From positions 190,815 to 254,814 of the forward strand of contig NW_005201327.1 of assembly GCF_000372725.1 (NCBI RefSeq): DNA of 64,000 nucleotides. The letters are read 5' to 3'. The notes under the pieces are model-generated. The model made no database searches. It saw nothing but the letters and a program-made list of their open reading frames with translations, and was not told where the DNA came from. This document shows positions 61,706 to 64,000 of the stretch, piece after piece. A program made the translations under genes and the position numbers. This stretch comes from Emiliania huxleyi CCMP1516 (taxonomy: Eukaryota). How positions within the stretch are numbered: position 1 is the stretch's first letter; every line of letters begins with the position of its first letter.

Positions 61706-62581
61706 ATGTTCGCGCTGCTAGTCGCAGGGCCCGCTGCTCCGACAATCGGCGCGCGCGCGGCCGCGAACGACGAGACTCCCGCTGGCGACAACCAGCGCAA
61801 CGTTCTTCGCCACCAAGCCCGTTCCGGCCTCTTTGCGTCCACCCCCTCACCCGTCGGCGCTAGCATATTGGGGGGGGCAACCTCGGACACACCAGCCCCC
61901 TGCCCGGGCAGCCTGCCCGACTCGTGCCCCTCTGGCTACCAAAGTGTGGTGGCTGGGTGTTACCAGGCCCCTGCTTGCCCAGCCGGTTCAGAAGAGATCT
62001 TGACGATCTGCTACGCCAGCTGCCCAAGCGGCTACACGGTGAGCCTTGATATCTTTTGCAAGAGCATCCCGGCCCATTGGTATGATATTCCGCATTCCGT
62101 CAGCAGACCGAAAGTGCCAAAGACCAATGGCGTCGGTCTTAAAGCGTTCGAGTGCCCCCCTGGCACCCGGCTTGCGGGCGCCAAGGCCATTGGTATTAGC
62201 GTGGGCTACTGCTACCAAGACTCGTGCTTCGATCAAACCATCGGGGGTGAGGTGGTCAACGCTGTTGGAGACATCGGCTCGCTATTCACCAGCTCGTACG
62301 CCAACTACGAGAACATCGAAAAGATTGAGGAGTGCCTCAAGGCGAATATGAACAACTTTGCGGACCCCTGGCCGGGCATCGAGACGGCGGTCAAGCAGAT
62401 GTTCTCAAGCACGACTGGCTTCATCAGCATCGGCTACGACGCCTTCCACTCTTTCGTCGAGCCCTCCCTGCAAACGGGGTTGCTGGACGTCGACACCTTC
62501 GTTGGCTTCCTCACATCGAGCTACAGGGTCTCAGTTACAGCCTTGGGCGCGACGGCCGGTGATAATGCCAACCTCACGTAG
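61706..62581 (+). CDS. Secreted Cys-rich protein of unknown function
   Basis: MFALLVAG..., repeated CPxGY / CY motifs, no introns. Confidence 0.5.
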   Translation: MFALLVAGPAAPTIGARAAANDETPAGDNQRNVLRHQARSGLFASTPSPVGASILGGATSDTPAPCPGSLPDSCPSGYQSVVAGCYQAPACPAGSEEILTICYASCPSGYTVSLDIFCKSIPAHWYDIPHSVSRPKVPKTNGVGLKAFECPPGTRLAGAKAIGISVGYCYQDSCFDQTIGGEVVNAVGDIGSLFTSSYANYENIEKIEECLKANMNNFADPWPGIETAVKQMFSSTTGFISIGYDAFHSFVEPSLQTGLLDVDTFVGFLTSSYRVSVTALGATAGDNANLT

Positions 62582-63072
62582 AAACCATCACATTCACACT
62601 AGATTCCGCCGCAATCCTTGAGGTTGTTAGTCGAATATATCCACATGGCTCAAGGGATTTTATCCCTTTTGGTTTGGAGATTCGTGTTTTGGTTTCGGGT
62701 TTTGGGTAAAACGTGTTCGTGTATACTGTACGGAACTCGCTTCAGCGCGATGCGGCCCCTTGGCTCCACTCCTATGCGGTGAGCCTCTAATCGGCCCTAC
62801 GAACTCAGTCAGGCGGGCTTGCAGTTGTGAATGATAGCAAAAGTTCGGCCGCGCGTGGTAGGCCGCAAGACGACCGAAGGCCTCTGGTACCCCTGCCCTG
62901 CTGATGTGGATCAAAATCGAGCGGATCGCCGCCTTTGGTACCCCAAGGTGGGCTGCACCACGCGCTCTACGCGCTCTACCCTGGGGTGCCGGCGCATTTT
63001 GGTTGAGTCGGATGACAAGAAAGAGAAAAACTCGCGCCTGAAGGACAGACTCCATACCCCCGATACCCGCGA

Positions 63073-64000
63073 ATGGCCGCCAGCTCCGACAACGCCGGCA
63101 ACGCCAGCGCCGAAGGCCCATCTCTCCGCACAGTCGTCTGCGGCCTCTCCCTGCCGTCGTGCGTCTTCAACTCGTCAAACCCGTTCGCAACATCACTCGA
63201 GGACCTCCAGGCGCTCGACGCCTCCGCCGCCGGCGCCGTCGCCACGCGCACCGCGTGCCCCGGCTTTGTGCACGATGAGGCTACGATGAAGTGGGCCTCG
63301 CCTGACGGCGCAAACACGATCAACTGCCTCGGCTACTCGCCGCTCCCGTTCGAGTACTACACGGGCTGCCTGCCGCAGCTCTCCGGCGCCAAGCCCTGCT
63401 GGCTCTCCATCTCTGGCAGCGCGGAGGAGGTTGGTGCGATGGTGCGCGAGGCTGCAGCGCTGGCACCGTCCCTGCCAGGCGGCCTCGCGGTGGAGATCAA
63501 CCTCTCGTGCCCAAACATCGCCGGCAAGCCTCCCCTCGCGTACGACTTTGACGCGCTGCGAAACTACCTCGGCACCGTCTTTGCTGCCGGGCCGCCGCCG
63601 CCGACCCTCGCGGTCGGCGTCAAGATGATGCCGAGTTCTTATTAGTAGTAGCATCATCATCACCATCTTCTTCTTCTTCTAGGTCGGCGTCAAGACGACG
63701 CCCTATTTCTACGACGCGCAGTACACCGGCGCCGCCGCCGTGCTGAACGGCTGCCCGCACCTGTCCTTTGTCACCGCCATCAACACGGTCGGCAACGGCC
63801 TCTACGTCGACGTCGCCACAGAGGCGCCCCTCCTCGCTCCCAGCTGCTACGGCGGGCTGGGCGGCGCCGCGGTGCACGCCGTCGCCCTCGGCAACTCACA
63901 CCATGAGCTATCAACACCATTAGCTATCATGACTCATAACAGGTGCACGCCATCGCCCTCGGCAACTCACACCATGAGCTATCAACACCATTAGCTATCA
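63073..64000 (+). CDS. Class 1A dihydroorotate dehydrogenase-like flavoprotein (possibly dihydrouracil oxidase clade), 3' end outside window
   Basis: INCLGYSP, LSISG, EINLSCPNIAGKP, intron 63613-63682, GVKTTPY, FVTAINTVGNGL, GGLGG. Confidence 0.85.

Overview
GC-rich, intron-containing eukaryotic DNA with two N gaps (2570-2669, 19065-19919). The many GC-AG introns, 10-11 bp intronic tandem repeats, SPPPP-rich secreted proteins and plastid-type genes suggest a haptophyte such as Emiliania/Gephyrocapsa huxleyi (inference, not verified). About 20 genes or gene fragments are recognisable: tandem vWA proteins, LPA1/DUF3493-like, PES/ELT acyltransferase, a TIM-barrel + 2OG-Fe(II) oxygenase fusion, L2HGDH-like, ankyrin/U-box, RCC1, AKR7, JmjC, BTB, DUF179, SFT2-like, ADAT2, a NAT transporter and a class 1A DHODH-like enzyme. 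The main signal is intron generation. (i) A three-copy MITE-like introner family has ~17-bp imperfect TIRs and 8-bp TSDs; its GC donor comes from the host base plus the TSD, so splicing restores the exon. (ii) At least a dozen other introns are built as a 5-30 bp copy of the next exon's start plus a short family-specific insert ending in AG, often repeated 2-5 times in tandem. (iii) Very short 3'-end inserts of CRE-like RLE retrotransposons carry variable TSDs, and one copy of a SINE-like family forms an intron. All splice assignments were inferred by eye from reading-frame continuity and need RNA-seq confirmation.
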